Shown: positions 62,411-64,000 of the stretch, one piece after another | Layout: each line of letters begins with the position of its first letter | Position numbering within the stretch: position 1 is the stretch's first letter | Assembly (NCBI GenBank): GCA_964510945.1 | Contig: CAZEED010000002.1 | Location: 144,924-208,923, forward strand | DNA length: 64,000 nt | Source of the DNA: an uncultured Candidatus Saccharibacteria bacterium | Lineage (GTDB): Bacteria; Patescibacteriota; Saccharimonadia; Saccharimonadales; JAGQNJ01 | Direction of reading: 5' to 3' | Notes under the pieces: model-generated | Seen by the model: only the letters and a program-made list of their open reading frames with translations | Told to the model about the DNA's origin: nothing | Database searches by the model: none | Program-made: the position numbers and the translations under genes

Positions 62411-63919
62411 TTATAAATTTGAATTATAAATTGGCCTGTATTGAAGTGCTTCGGCAATATGTTTATCTAAAATCACTTCAGATTCATCTAGGTCAGCGAT
62501 AGTTCGCGAGACTTTCAATGTGCGCATATATGCTCTTGGCGAGAGCTCTAATCTTGATGCTCCTTTGTCCAGCAAGTTTCTTGCCGTATCTGTTAGTTGT
62601 GCGTATTTCTTGACTTCTCGACTATGCATTGTTGAATTGGTACGACCAATTTTAAACCGTTGGGTTTGAATGGCTCGGGCCTTTTCAACTCGCTCTCTAA
62701 CCATACAGCTAGTATCAGTTCCGTGGTTATTTTCTAATAATTTTGCGTGTTCGACGTTTTCTACATTTGCGTACAAGTCTATTCTGTCGATAATCGGCCC
62801 TGATATTTTCTTACGATAACTGTAAATATGATGTGGCGTACAAGTGCATTCTTTGTCTGTGCCGAAATACCCACAAGGGCATGGGTTCGCAGTAGCCAGT
62901 AGTATGAATTTGGCCGGAAAATCTATACTATCTTTTGCTCTGGAGATTGTGATTTTACCATCTTCTAGAGGTTGACGTAAGGATTCGATGGTACTTCGTT
63001 TAAATTCTGGGAATTCATCAAAGAAGAGTACCCCATTATGAGACAAGCTGATTTCGCCAGGCCTAGGGTTCGTTCCTCCTCCGGTAACGGCCGTTTCGCT
63101 AGCGCTATGATGCGGAGATCGAAAAGGGCGGTTATAGCGCACGATTTCGTAGTCTTGGCGTTGTAGGCTATGTAAATGGGTGGTCTCTAGGATTTCTTTG
63201 ATAGTCATCGGAGGCAAGATGGAGACAAAAGCTTTAGCCAGCATGCTTTTTCCTGTCCCTGGAGGTCCATTTAATAGAACATTATGGGCTCCAGCTGCTG
63301 CAATTTCTAAAATCCTTTTTGCCTGAGATTGTCCTACGACGTCTGAAAAATCGTCTTGGATAGTATCGCTGTTATGGGGTGGAGACACTTTATAAGCAGA
63401 GATTGGCTGTATTAAAGTTGCTTTTGCTAGATGTAAATACAGTGATTTCAAATCTTTTACGGGGTATAAGTTTAATCCTTGGACTAATTTTGCTTGTTCT
63501 AGATTGTCTAATGGTAGATATACTTCATGCAAATTATGTTTTTTTGCAGCCAGAAGCTTACCAATTATCCCTCTTATTGCTCTGATATTGCCGTCAAGAC
63601 CAATTTCTCCGAAGAAAACTGACTGTTTATTTATTGGTTGTACGGCTTTAGATGATTGCAAGATAGATGTGGCGATTGCAAGATCGAGTCCTGTTTGGTT
63701 TTTGGGCAAGTCAGCTGGGGCCAGGTTAATAGTTATTCGTTTTTTAGGAAAGGGGATCTGATTGGATGAGAATGCTGCACGAATTCTTTCCTTTGCTTCG
63801 TCAACTGCCTTGCTAGCAAAACCAACGATAATTATTGACGGTAAGCCATTGCTAATTTGGCACTCAACGTCCGCTACTATTCCCTCAAAACCGCTATCAA
63901 CTATCGTTCTAGTTTTCAT
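62411..63919 (-). CDS. comM: Mg-chelatase-like AAA+ protein YifB/ComM
   Basis: N-terminal Lon-protease-like domain, Walker A LNGPPGTGKSMLA, Walker B VLFFDEFPEF, and a Cys cluster CPCGYFG...CTC. Confidence 0.9.
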   Translation of the reverse strand: MKTRTIVDSGFEGIVADVECQISNGLPSIIIVGFASKAVDEAKERIRAAFSSNQIPFPKKRITINLAPADLPKNQTGLDLAIATSILQSSKAVQPINKQSVFFGEIGLDGNIRAIRGIIGKLLAAKKHNLHEVYLPLDNLEQAKLVQGLNLYPVKDLKSLYLHLAKATLIQPISAYKVSPPHNSDTIQDDFSDVVGQSQAKRILEIAAAGAHNVLLNGPPGTGKSMLAKAFVSILPPMTIKEILETTHLHSLQRQDYEIVRYNRPFRSPHHSASETAVTGGGTNPRPGEISLSHNGVLFFDEFPEFKRSTIESLRQPLEDGKITISRAKDSIDFPAKFILLATANPCPCGYFGTDKECTCTPHHIYSYRKKISGPIIDRIDLYANVENVEHAKLLENNHGTDTSCMVRERVEKARAIQTQRFKIGRTNSTMHSREVKKYAQLTDTARNLLDKGASRLELSPRAYMRTLKVSRTIADLDESEVILDKHIAEALQYRPIYNSNL

Positions 63920-64000
63920 AAATGCTTTAGTTTAATCATACACTGATTGGATTAAAAATATATTGGACGATATAAAAACAACACTCAATTTTTAGTAAGT

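Noticed and set aside
1-64000. A search for CRISPR arrays, rRNA genes, IS elements or transposases, prophage genes, toxin-antitoxin pairs, restriction-modification or other defence systems.
   Set aside because: There are no direct-repeat/spacer arrays, no rRNA signatures and no transposase, phage or defence-like ORFs in the track. The only recombinase is a housekeeping-type XerC/D homolog.

Overview
A 64-kb, gene-dense chromosomal segment, roughly 40-45% GC by eye, using the standard code (TGA serves as a stop). I call about 70 CDS, 5 tRNAs that all encode CCA, and RNase P RNA. There is no rRNA, CRISPR array, transposase or phage-type integrase. The content is a reduced housekeeping set, many membrane-anchored orphan proteins and a secretin-less type IV pilus cluster. 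That fits a Patescibacteria/CPR bacterium, most likely Saccharibacteria (TM7), but this is inference from gene content only.

Layout:
- 1-24.5 kb: housekeeping genes (polA, mutM, holA, rpsT, truB, rpsO-pnp, UDG, rnj, ftsK, rpsF-ssb-rpsR, efp, tlyA, ychF).
- 24.5-30.4 kb: accessory envelope genes, namely a cupredoxin plus Cys/His-repeat protein operon and a 1002-aa surface protein.
- 30.5-41.9 kb: a complete type IV pilus cluster (pilMNO, pilB, pilT, pilC, major pilin, pilD, three minor pilins, a PilX-like protein), followed by a convergent Xer recombinase.
- 42.9-64 kb: mixed genes (ndk, CYTH, S8 peptidase, PpiC, GT2 synthase, nrdR, tgt, thrS, ATL, miaA, rpmB, M50 protease, a PCD-RNase H fusion, rnpB, infC-rpmI-rplT, comM), interrupted by three tRNA loci.

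The most unusual signals are non-coding:
1. A ~110-nt element occurs twice, downstream of tRNA-Arg and tRNA-Val. Its ~62-nt core is over 90% identical between copies. Each copy ends in a tRNA-like T-loop, acceptor 3' strand and CCA. A related scar pattern lies after tRNA-Asp.
2. A ~177-nt closed multi-hairpin RNA candidate is fused to the 5' end of tRNA-Asp.
3. A ~300-nt promoter-to-terminator structured RNA candidate at 59.85-60.15 kb contains a 163-nt, 6S-like hairpin.
4. A 750-bp ORF-free gap lies between nrdR and tgt. It holds a sigma70-type promoter plus terminator sRNA candidate and several perfect hairpins.
5. thrS has a T-box-like attenuator leader.

All calls were made by eye from the sequence and the ORF track. 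No database search was run, and coordinates of non-coding features may be off by 1-2 nt.
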